In this document: positions 10,822 through 22,461 of the stretch, piece after piece
Layout of the letters: every line of letters starts with the position of its first letter
Position numbering within the stretch: position 1 is the first letter of the stretch
DNA from: Eledone cirrhosa
Taxonomy: Eukaryota
Direction of reading: 5' to 3'
NCBI GenBank assembly: GCA_964016885.1
Contig: OZ024742.1
Location: forward strand, 203,608,001 to 203,672,000
Length of the DNA stretch: 64,000 bases
Notes under the pieces: generated by a model
Database searches by the model: none
What the model saw: only the letters and a program-made list of their open reading frames with translations
Told to the model about the DNA's origin: nothing
Position numbers and translations under genes: made by a program

Positions 10822-13800
10822 GAGAGTCATGATATGAAGGTTAAAACACACTTGTGAATAGTGCAGTTTTAAATCAACATATGAAAAGTAGTTTTAGATT
10901 GATGTGTGATATTGGGAAAAATTGAGGAGAGGGGGAGGTTGGAAAGGATGAAAAAGTGGAGATGAGAGTAAAAAGTGGAGGGGGAGGAGTATAATGAGGA
11001 AGGATGAGATAGGAGGAGAGATGGGTGATAGAGAGAGAGAGATAGCTTTTATAACTGAGAAAAATATATTGTTTTACATAGAGAGGTTGAAAAACCTTTG
11101 GAAGATAATATATAAATTAAAAGAATTTGAAAATTAACGAAGAGAAAAATTTTAGAATAATGTTAAATTAAGGTTTGTATATTTAAGGGTTTAATAATAT
11201 GTGCGATGAAAAGAAATTGTTAATATGTATTAAGAATAATATTTAAGAGTTTAATAATATGTGCGATGGAAAGAAATTGTTTATATGTATTATTAAAAAA
11301 TATAAAAATATAGCAATAGTAATGTAATTAAGGATATATTGTGAAAGAAGTAGAAGAGAGGATGAATAAGTGTAATATGTATAAGTTAGATGAGCATGAA
11401 AGGGAGAAAAAAATAATGAATTGAGGATGAATAATCTAACGTCAAAAAAATGTTTATGTTTACGAAGGATTTTTTTAAGTTGATATAAAGTAAGAATATA
11501 TTGTGCTGTGTAATAATTGTTTCTACGTTAGGCACAATGATAATTGAGAAGTGTCTAGGAAGAAAAGGTACAGATTAGGGGTTAGAAATTAAAAGAAAGA
11601 GAAAAGAAAAGAAAAAGGGAAAAGAAAGAAAGGGAAGTGATAAATAGGAGTGAAATAGAATGAGTAACTAGTATTATATAATGTATAATAAATAACATTG
11701 AAATAAGGTAGAAAGATGGGTATATTGTTAAAGAAATATATATGTATATATATATATGTGTGTGCCTTTGAGAAAAGGATTTTAAATTGGTAAAATATTA
11801 GATATTAGCTGTATACTTTATGGAATGTTCTGTGGAATTTATGCAAGCAGAGAGAGAACAAGTCAGTGCGTCTATTTATTATAGAATCTAAATTAGATAT
11901 AATGGTAAATTTTTCACATAATCAGAGATTGCATGTCTTGGATAGAGAATTGTTCAAGTATGAAGAAGCAGAAGAAACATTTTTCCAAGAGATGTTATAG
12001 TCAATATTTTTGTCTTTCAAGGACCATATGAGTTCTGAGAGTGCCGTGTTGGTTCTTTTAAGTTGGTATTTAAAAGACGAATGATGATTATAAAGACGAG
12101 CTTTAAAGGAGGTGGAAGTGGAGCCAAAATAGGTGAATGAATTGGTGTCAGTTATAACTTTACATTCGTAGATTAAGTTTTTTTCAAGACAATGGTTGTT
12201 GAGAGGACATTTATTTTTAACAGGGCAATTGCAATTGCGATTAGAGAGATTAACAAGTTATTAACAAGTGACTTAGTGTTATCTATAGAAGAGATTGGAT
12301 TGGAGAAGTTATTTACGATAGGAATAATGGTTTCTTGTTTTAGAGTGGGATTAAGAACATTTAGCGAAGTTGCGTTTGACGTTGTATTTGGGTTTGCAGA
12401 AATTAGCCTAGAGTTAACAATGACGTTGGGAGTACTATTACTATTATTATGATATTCAGTGTTGGAAGGAAGAGATTTAGTATTTAGTATTTTATTGTTG
12501 TGTTTAGAGATAATGTTGGAGATGTTGGAGGAGGTCGAATAGGAGAACTTTATAGTGTGTTTGTTAAATATTTTACTATAGATATGTGAGGGTGGGAAGC
12601 ATTTATTTAAGGCACTAAAGAATAATTTAGGAATATTATTATTAATAGAGAAAGGAGCATTATACCAGATTATGTTTTTGTATCTAGGTCTTTTATTAAA
12701 GTTATTGGAATGATCATGATTAATTATTCTACTGTAAGATCTTCTAGAATTTGTTTCTTTACTATATTTGATTTTATCAGGATAACCGGCTTTAGACAGC
12801 GCGTTATTATAGTAATTGGCGTTAGCATCAAAGATGTTTTTATTAGAAGATAGGTTAGATATTCTTTTTCCAATATTACTAACTATAGCATTCTTAATAT
12901 TAGTGGGGTGGTTAGATTTAAAATTAACATAATTTAGGTTCTCATTGTTTTTATGGTAAGGGTAATATAGGCCAGTGTCAAGATTAAGAGATACATCCAA
13001 GAAATTAGCTAGTTTGATGCTGTTATCAAATTCAATTTTTAAGTTATGTTGGTTAAAGAGATTACGTATATTGTTCTTAATAATATTAAGGTTAACTATG
13101 TTGCAATTTAAGATAGTAAAGAGTCCATCGTCACGATAAATTCCACCGCGAAGTTGAGGAATTTTCCGATTCAAAGAGTTCAAAATAAAGATACCAATTA
13201 AATCTGTTAATTGGGATGAATCGGATGCTCCCATTGTGATGTCAAAATTGTTAGAGGTATCAGCTCTGGTCCAATATTCATTGTTGAACTCTTGCGGTGA
13301 GAATGATGTGAAGTTCATCTGTGGTGATGTCTGAATATTTGTAAGCGAAATATAGAGCATTGTTGAGAAGTGAGGGCGAAATAGAAGAATAGTAGCTGGC
13401 AATATCAAATTGAATACATTTTTGTTTATTTTTCTTATTCAATTTGTTGAACCAGCCAATCACTTCAGAAGAACCAAACCATAAATTTAAGTTCAAAGAA
13501 GAGCAATTAGAACGAACCTGTGGGATAATTCTATCCAAGATGGCTTTGCTAACAAACTTTGAAGCTTCTGAAATCATGTCAAAACTTGGCATCGGAAAAA
13601 AGACCGAACCATTCCTCCCAAGAACTCTGAGGATAAATCTCGAGGATCACAAAAACAATTTTCGTACTGAACTACCTGTTAGACTAATCGCGCCCACTAA
13701 ATCAGATCTGGGGGTTGTTAGCAAAGCCATCTTGGATAGCATTATCCCACAGGTTCGTTCTAATTGCTCTTCTTTGAACTTAAATTTATGGTTTGGTACT

Positions 13801-14188
13801 TCTGAAGTGATTGGCTGGTTCAACAAATTGAATAAGAAAAATAAACAAAAATTTGTTCAATATTCTTCGTTAATTTTCAAATTCTTTTAATTTATATATT
13901 ATCTTCCAACGGTTTTTCAACCTCTCTATGTAAAACAATATATTTTTCTCAGTTATAAAAGCTATCTCTCTCTCTCTATCACCCATCTCTCCTCCTATTT
14001 CATCCTTCCTCATTATACTCCTCCCCCTCCACTTTTTACTCTCATCTCCTCCTCTTTTTCATCCTTTCCAAACTCCACCCCCCTCAATTTTTTCCCAATA
14101 TCACACATCAATCTAAAACTACTTTTCATATGTTGATTTAAAACTGCACTATTCACAAGTGTGTTTTAACCTTCATATCATGTCTCCC

Positions 14189-14259
14189 TATGTTATCTGA
14201 CGAAAACGCAAATGTTATTGCATGATGATATTTGTTTTTGAAATGCGCATAATAAAATA
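14189..14259 (+). ncRNA. Type I hammerhead ribozyme, inverted pLTR copy
   Basis: tatgttat-CTGACGA-...-GAAA-tgcgca-TA-ataaaata. Confidence 0.78.
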
Positions 14260-14377
14260 CGTGGAACTCTTTTAACCATCTTTTGATCTTATATATTATT
14301 ATTTATACTCCAGTCCTACAAAGTGTTACTTATCCGATATCTGCATTGCTTTATTGTACTACAATAAAACTCACCTC

Positions 14378-14506
<129 letters not shown>

Positions 14507-14642
14507 TACATATATATATATACATACATATATGTATGTATATATAGGGATTGTAACGTACAGTTACTGTAGGTTCACCAGAATGAGCACTCGGTGCGTA
14601 GTTTCCAGTAAGTATAGAAGTGTAGAACAAAGCAGAGTGTAA

Positions 14643-14910
14643 TCTATATATCTGAAACAGAGAATGTCTGTCTGTCTATCTGACTCCCTAAAACTCGAGA
14701 ACCACCCAACCGATTATTTTCTTTACTAATGTAAAAAAAAATATTTCAAATTTTCAATGCCCTAGGGTCCGCATTAGGCGATTTAGCGATCTCTCTCTAT
14801 AATTGTTGGACTTACTTTTTAGATAGATACATAGATATAACGTTGCGCCCTTATATCTGTCTGTATGTCTGTATGTCTGCATTATGACATTATGACGTCG
14901 CTATATCGCT
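14643..14910 (+). mobile_element. Possible non-autonomous Helitron-like 5' end
   Basis: TCTATATATCTGAAACAGAGAATGTCTGTCTGTC start resembles TC-initiated Helitron/HINE-type ends with GTCT microsatellite. Confidence 0.35.
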
Positions 14911-14950
14911 ATATGTGTGTGTGTATATATGTATATATATATATATATAT

Positions 14951-16915
14951 AAAGGAAAAAGTATGACTCCGACGGCAGATCTCAAGCCGTTTCGACGGCT
15001 ATTTCTGAACTAAATTAGAATTTTTAGCCTGGTGAATAAATAGCTGAACTTGTCAAGAGGATACTTCCTTATATGGGAAGATTGTAGTTGTCAAGAGGAT
15101 TGGTTAAAATTTGTTGTAAACACAAATAAGTCTATCATGGCATTTGGTGGGAGGTAGGGGTGGCTGAACTTGCCTGTAGAACAATAGGGGAGTGAGTGGA
15201 ACGGTCAAGCGTTGAAAGTGATATGTATACAGCAGATTCTAAGGATAGTGTATGAAGTGGAGGGGGGAGGTTATAGAATAGGTAAATCGAATGAGAGTAG
15301 GAGAGAATAAAAGATAATAGAAAGAAATAAAAAAATATATAAAATTAGATAGTGAGAAATGAATAAAAAAAATCACAATGCTATCTTACAATTACAGGTT
15401 AATAAGTTGAGAATAGGAAAAACTTGTAGAAATTGAGTAGTAACAAAACTGATACAAATAAAGGGGTTTAACACATATGCTATAAGAAGTTAGTAAAGCG
15501 TATTCGGCCAATTCTATCTTAAAATTACAGGAGTGGGAGGACTGATGCTACAGATGCCCGATGGGTTGCATCGGGGTAGGCGAAAGGGGAAAGCAGACGA
15601 GGAAGAAAATAGGGGGTGGAAGGAAGTGATAGGATGAGACAGAGGGAAGAAGAAGACGAAGAGAAAAAAAAAGAGATACATCTACCTTTGTAGATCTCAA
15701 TTTGACGATGTAAATTGGAAATATTGGGTTAACATACACACACACACGCGCATGCGCGCAAGTAAGTTCAGTTCAGTGTTCTGCTATACGTGTATAGATC
15801 GAATTGTAACATCCATATCTTCAAGTGTGTGTTATGGTATATACACATCCGAATCGTCCCAAAAAATGGGGGGGGGGGTATGTCCGGGTATACACATCCA
15901 TGTGAAGAGCAAACAATCAGCTCATGTCGAAATCCTTGTGTACCGCTGTCCCGTTGAGAATCCGTGTCACCAAATCCGTGTCACCAAGCAACTGCAATGT
16001 GGGCCGGCAAAGGGCTCCGTGCAGGGTTGGGCATTGGGTAAATGCGTCCGCAAGTGCGATTTCCCGTCAAATAGGCCAATGAGCTTTTAAGATAGTTGTT
16101 TGAGTGGTGGAGGTGTGTTATCCAACACAGAAGGTAAAGAAAGAAAACACAGGACAGTAAAATCTAGAGGTTGTGTGTAGGCCCATTAATGGTGTGTCAG
16201 TATTATTGTTCAATCCGTAACAGTGAGTCCTCCATGGTTAGATGATCACGCATCAAAACCTGGTGTAGTGTTCAGTCGGTAGGAACGTGACAGTCGTAAA
16301 TGTTGGAGCTCAATGTCTAAAGGAAACGGGTACTGTGTGTAGAGCTATGTATAGAGAGCGTAATCGGTCCTAACTAAGTGTGTAATCAATCTAACTATTT
16401 ACTAGCTAGGTATTCTAAAAGAGAGCATTCAGCTGTGAGAACTCCGTGGAAACAGGCCGAGTATCATTTGCAAATACGCAAACAATCTTAGCCGTCTAAC
16501 TACCTAAGTGTGTGACTATCCGTCTATTGAGAGAACTCTATGGCTAAAGTAGAGAGGGAGGAGTTATTGGTAGGTTACCTTCCAAAAATCCTGCGGAAGG
16601 TTTTCGAGGTTCTATGTTGACAGTTGCTGAAAAAATCTGCTCTTCTATTAATTAATAGGGGGCCGCCTCTAATAATATTAAAAGTTCCAGCTATACATAA
16701 ATTGCAGACGCCAGTGCTGCAGTTATAAGGTTAGGCTGAGCAAACTATGGACAAGGAGTGCTCTATATTCTGATGTTTAAGCTTCCAGACTAATTCCGAA
16801 AGTGTCGTGCTATTTTTTTTATCTAATCTATTAAAGGTATGGCGGTGATTATACCATCTATCCTTAAATTCCGTGGCAGTTGCCCCAACATACCTTCGGA
16901 TTTTCATTTTGATAT
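14951..16915 (-). mobile_element. 5'-truncated PLE: GIY-YIG end + long 3' UTR + HHR
   Basis: RRYVGATATEFKDRWYNHRHTF...TTLSELVWKLK, then PYNCSTGVCNLC (16690-16900 minus). Confidence 0.78.
14967..15063 (-). ncRNA. Hammerhead ribozyme variant (U3-A8 core)
   Basis: rc: tatcctc-TTGACAA-gttcagctattt...aaatagccgtc-GAAA-cggc ttgagatct gccg-TC-ggag; partial copy 29210-29257. Confidence 0.65.
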
Positions 16916-17159
16916 ATATATATCTAGCTCCTATTCCCGTAGTAGAGCACTTTCCGACACTACCACGCCGTATCCAGACTTTTCCGCTAAGCTCAAGTTC
17001 TTTCACCCGCACCATGCGAAAACACAACATCGACTTCTCTACCAAGAACATCCCAGTTCCAGCGAGAAAACTTTAACTTCGGATGCTCACGTAAAAAATC
17101 GACCTTTTTGCGATGACACTATCGGGGTTATCAATAGCAGAGTGTGATCTGTAACTATA

Positions 17160-18450
17160 CTCATAGATAAGGTCATATTCTGTTCCATATAAAGCCTTAC
17201 TTATACCACATTTCTTAAAGAGCTATACCACAGCCCCGGTTTTTACATTCCCCCATGCAAGTTTAACCATTTGGCAAATCTGTGTAGTAGATTATTTTTG
17301 TTTGTTGTTTTGCATTTTTTCATTTCGTGTAAGATCATATGGAACTTTCATCCATTTATCCCATTCTTTTCACAAAATCCTTTGAAGGCTTTTTGACACA
17401 TCCAAGGATTGTGGCTGAGACTGCAGACCTCTAGGAATTACAGCAGGTTATGTTTTTAACTTCTCTGTATTTTTCTTTTTTGCCTCAGGTGTGAGTCCTG
17501 AATTGGCATCACACAAACTGGGAGCCGTGAATTGGTCCCTGACCAATCAAGCTTGTTTCTTCAGTAGACCACCTGGTCTTGATAAAACATCATCACACCA
17601 AGCTTAAAATCTTTTTCAATCGCCCAGCCTGTTTGGTTATGTGTCAGTTATAATTCTGCTAGAATGTTCATCCTTTGACATTGTTTTTCTTTTAAAGACC
17701 AAAAGTGTATGCAATTTTATGCCATCGACACAACACGACAAATCTGTATTATAACGAATATTTTTTTCATTACCTGGTATTTTGATTACCAAACATTACC
17801 TGCTATTTTTATTACCAAACAAACTATCAGTCCTGTTAGAAGAAACTTCAACATTGAAGGGGACCTTGTTCAGGTTTCCAATCTAGCTGATTTCGTATGC
17901 GGCTTACTATCTGGCTCCTTACGGGGTCGATAAAATAAAGCACCAGTAATGCACTGGGATAATTGCTGACCTTGTGCCAAAAGTAGAAACCGTTGCTTGC
18001 AATCGTAATAATAATTCTATTATTTTGTCTTATTCATCAGGCATTTTCTGGATAATCCTAGTGCATGACCTCATTGATAATTCACTGCGTTACATATACT
18101 GGCCACATCAGATTGCAGTGTCATGAAACATTTTCAATCGCTTACTGTTCTGTCCAATATCTGGTCTCATTCATTATAATTGATATCGACACAGAACAGT
18201 TACAATTACTTTCAATTATTACACAGAACTGGCCATCTTCGTGGTTTGTGACGAATGTTATACTTTTTCTACTGTGCTGTTCACAGACTACCTTTTTTTG
18301 ACATTGCATTTCACTTGGATAGTTTTCATGAAGAGTACTTAATGAAGAGTTAAATTTTCGGTCAAGGCCCCAGTATTCCAATGTCATAAATAACTTCTTC
18401 AAAGCGTTATTTAAATATTAAGCCCTTGACCTGTTTTAGTTTTACGGACT
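17160..18450 (-). mobile_element. Decayed pogo/Tigger-like DDE transposase
   Basis: Manual minus translation: AVIPRGLQSQPQSLDVS...KEWDKWM and MVKLAWGNVK...FKKCGISKALYGTEYDLI (pogo DDE_1 C-terminus); 5' boundary approximate. Confidence 0.7.
17915..17995 (+). mobile_element. SINE 3' fragment
   Basis: ccttacggggtcgataaaataaagcaccagtaatgcactgggataattgctgaccttgtgccaaaagtagaaac, same as SINE at 26345-26540. Confidence 0.8.
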
Positions 18451-18853
18451 CAGCATCGGACATAATTGAAAGAGCTACAAATCGTCCCACATCTCAAATT
18501 TGCGGGTGACTTTCAGGTTACAGGGCGGAAGGTGTTTTTCTTGAGACATTCTAGAGAAAATTGTGTCTAATAAACCACTAAATACAATGTGTAATGTGTG
18601 TGTGTAAGGTATGTGTGTATGTATATATATGTATATATGTATTTATTTATGAATTTATTTATCTACGTATGTATGGGTGTATGTTTGCCTGCTAATCATT
18701 ATGTGTCTATGCATGTACATTTTCACTTATGTATGTGTATATATAATCATACATATTTAAGTTTATATATGTGTAAATATCTATCAGTATGAATGTATGT
18801 GCTCATTTGTGTGCGGACCTGATGTGTCTATGTATGTTTGTACAACCCCCCCC

Positions 18854-18885
<32 letters not shown>

Positions 18886-18891
<6 letters not shown>

Positions 18892-19052
18892 AAAAAAGAT
18901 GAAATCGAAAATGCAACTGGAGTCTTTTTTTTTTAAATATATATATTTATTTGGTTCCTTTACCGCTTTCGCAGTTCTTCTGCTTTTCAAAAGTAGAGTG
19001 GAGATGGAGGGTCTGTGGTTTTTCTCACATCTGGTTGGTCTTTGAATGTTAC

Positions 19053-19090
<38 letters not shown>

Positions 19091-19618
19091 GCACACAAAT
19101 AAACATTCATATCTCTAATTTCTTTATTTCAATAGAAAGTCTGAATTCTGACACCCCAGCGCACCAACCATATTCACTGAACCAGAACAATTCTCCCCAT
19201 CCCATTTCTCATGACCATTATCTTTTGCTTGGCACAAAATTCTCTAAAAGGCTACAAAATAAATTCCCAAATACGGGTGACTGCATCAACCAACCAAACT
19301 TCACTCATATATGAAAAAACAACCTCAGACCCCCCCCCCCCTCCTCTTGTTTGAAGAACTTCGTAAAGCGAACTGGCGCGAAATTTATTATACTTATTCA
19401 CCAACAAATCAAAATATTTCTGTAAGAACCTGGCATTTCGAGCCACTTTTTTCCCATTCAAAGACCAACCAGATGTGAGAAAAACCACAGACCCTCCATC
19501 ACAACTCTACTTTCGAAAAGCAGAAGAACTGCGAAACCGGTAAAGGAACCAACAAATATATTTTTTTTTTTTTAAAAAGACTCCAGTTTCATTTTCGATT
19601 ACATCTTTTTTCCTTATA
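18886..19618. repeat. Inverted repeat pair (~160 bp; 18886-19047 vs 19457-19618)
   Basis: tataaggaaaaaagatg...ggttggtctttgaatg vs cattcaaagaccaacc...catctttttttccttata. Confidence 0.88.
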
Positions 19619-19736
19619 CTTTCACTCGTGTAGGACACTTCGGTTATTTTTCATTTTGTTAAAAAAAACCTCACTTTCTAATATATATATATACACAATA
19701 ATGTATAATAAATACATACATATATATATATATATG

Positions 19737-19932
<196 letters not shown>

Positions 19933-19964
19933 TGTATGTATATATATATATATTATATATATAT

Positions 19965-20030
<66 letters not shown>

Positions 20031-20603
20031 GGTGTGAGTATGAGTAAGTGTATTTGTGTGTGCCATAGACACATTCATTTGGTAAGTCAAATAATTAAGG
20101 AACAGTGTGTGTTTGTATCTCTGTATACATGTATGTAGGTAGATATCTATGCATATATGTCTATATATACACACACACATATATATATATATATATATGA
20201 ATAAAGTTAGTCCTTCATCAGTGATCTTCCAACCATCATTGGTATTTCATCGCTTTAAAGACCATATACCTCCGGTTTGTGCGAGCAACGGCTAAACAAA
20301 GTCGTTGGGACACGTAAATAAAGGGGACACGAGTGTAAACAAACAAAAATGGTGAAGCAATGAAAAGTGAGGAAGAAGGAGTCAAGTCCCAAATTTCTAT
20401 GAATTTAAATTCGGTGAAATCGTGAATGAGAGAGAATAAAGACCATCAAACCTGGTTGAAATGTGAGCAAGGAAGGAATTTCCCACAGGTCTAACGGGAG
20501 GAAGAAGGGGTCTAGTCTGTGAATTCGGTAAACATAAGTTCTGTGAAATCGTAGACGAGAGAGAGAAAAAATCCCGACCGGCCTGGCCAAGCGTGCGAAT
20601 GAA

Positions 20604-20672
<69 letters not shown>

Positions 20673-20674
20673 CA

Positions 20675-20869
20675 ATAGTACAGCATATTCGAAATTCGAT
20701 CAGCAGCCAAGCCAACGAATGCCTTCAGCAGTGGAACCAAGCACTCGACAAGGAATAAACCTCAGAGTAATAACATAGAGTATAAAGGGCTTTGCAAATT
20801 GAAAATAGCGACCGCTAATTTAGCCGCGTGATCTGTAGCAACGAAAGAACTGACTAGTGAGAAAAGGAA

Positions 20870-20942
<73 letters not shown>

Positions 20943-21470
20943 TATATACATATAAAAATATACATACATACATATATGCACATATCTGTACATATAACAT
21001 ACCTGGAGCGTCACTTGGAAATTACTGAATATCCAAGTGAGGTTTCTGTAAATCCGAAATCAACAAAATCCGCTTGTGGTGTATACAAGTTAGGTTTCTG
21101 GAAGATCGAACAGAGGAATTTACTTTCTCAACAGGCTTTCGTTCTAACCCAAAACCAGATGTGAAGCATGTGTTACTCCAAAGGGAGGTAACCCCGATTT
21201 CTGGCGGTCAATTCAAAAGATATGGACAATGGAAAACATTCCATACACAAACTGAATTAAGCACACAACCAGACCGTTATTAAACAAACTTAAATAATTA
21301 ACCAATCAATGGAATTGTCAAATTAAATTAATCAATTAATCATTAGGTCTAGGAGATAGTAATAAAATAGTACATCATATTCGAAGTTCGATCAGCAGCC
21401 AAGCCAACGAATGCTTTCAGCAGTGGAGCCAAGCACTCGACAAGGAATAAACCTCAGAGTAATAACATAC
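20675..21470 (-). mobile_element. Non-coding partial-tandem unit (~690 bp period) with extended HHR; inverted copy 28140-28892
   Basis: ~100-bp direct repeat 20675-20777 / 21367-21469; HHR 21001-21136. Confidence 0.75.
21001..21136 (-). ncRNA. Extended hammerhead-like motif (U3-A8 core)
   Basis: rc: gcctg-TTGAGAA-agtaaattcc...ggatttaca-GAAA-cc tcacttgga..tccaagtga cgc-TC-caggt. Confidence 0.65.
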
Positions 21471-21869
21471 AGTTTATATATATATGTATGTATGTATATA
21501 TGTATGTGTGTACCTATGTATATGTATTTGTATACACTATGTAAGTACATGTGTATGTAGCTGCATGTATGTGTATAATATATGTATAATTATCTGCATA
21601 TGTGTTTGTTTGTATGTGCATAGTAGTAATGGGTAAGATTTATTGATTAAGAATTTTAGCCTCCGGATAAATTCTATTTCATCCAAAAGAGTAGATCGAT
21701 ATTTCACTGGCACCCCTTGCAGATATTGGGCAGATTTACAAATGTTGGGGATGGGCTGTGGTCCAATGATTGGGATCATACTGTTGGTTTTGGTGTTGGT
21801 GGTGGTGGTTGTTGTGGCTATTTATATATATATATATATATATATAAACATATATATTTACACACACAT

Positions 21870-21925
<56 letters not shown>

Positions 21926-21987
21926 TATAAAGAAAGAAGAAACATTAGATATAAATAAAAAGATATAATATACCTAAATTCCTTCAT

Positions 21988-22083
21988 TATCCTCGACTAC
22001 GTAGTTTTGTGGCTATTATGCAAACACATTACATCATAGAGATGCAGTATTTTCGTGAGGTTTAACAACTTATCAAGAGGATA
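21988..22083 (-). ncRNA. Hammerhead variant (U3-A8, GAAA to AAAA)
   Basis: rc: tatcctc-TTGATAA-...-AAAA-ctacgtag-TC-gaggata. Confidence 0.6.
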
Positions 22084-22210
22084 CCTCATTTAGAGATTCA
22101 AAACACGTCCGTAGGACGCGAGATAGAATCCTGAAAGGCGGAGGGGGAACTTATCACGTGATACAGCGGTCAAGAAACAGCTAAGACTTTTACAACCAAG
22201 AGAAAAATAC

Positions 22211-22260
<50 letters not shown>

Positions 22261-22395
22261 CAGAGGTTATATTTAATTTGTTGGGATACAGCAAGCTTAA
22301 AAATACTTTTATAACTGATATAAAGCACTCAACAGTTTATTGGAGTAAATATACAATATATTAACAAATGGAAACTATATTTATAAAACCATATT

Positions 22396-22461
22396 TATTT
22401 TATTATACATATTTCAAGGGCCACCAAGGCAAATTATGGTGCGCTTTCATCAGATAAAATA
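22396..22461 (-). ncRNA. Type I hammerhead ribozyme in inverted pLTR
   Basis: rc: tattttat-CTGATGA-aagcgcacca...tggtggccctt-GAAA-tatgta-TA-ataaaata. Confidence 0.85.

Noticed and set aside
14631-17155. agcagagtgt(a/g)atct repeated at 14631 and 17137 as a possible TSD
   Set aside because: Short, imperfect and encloses several unrelated elements; may be chance
20205-20230. CTGATGA core on the minus strand
   Set aside because: Truncated by (TA)n before any GAAA/stem III; not callable as a ribozyme
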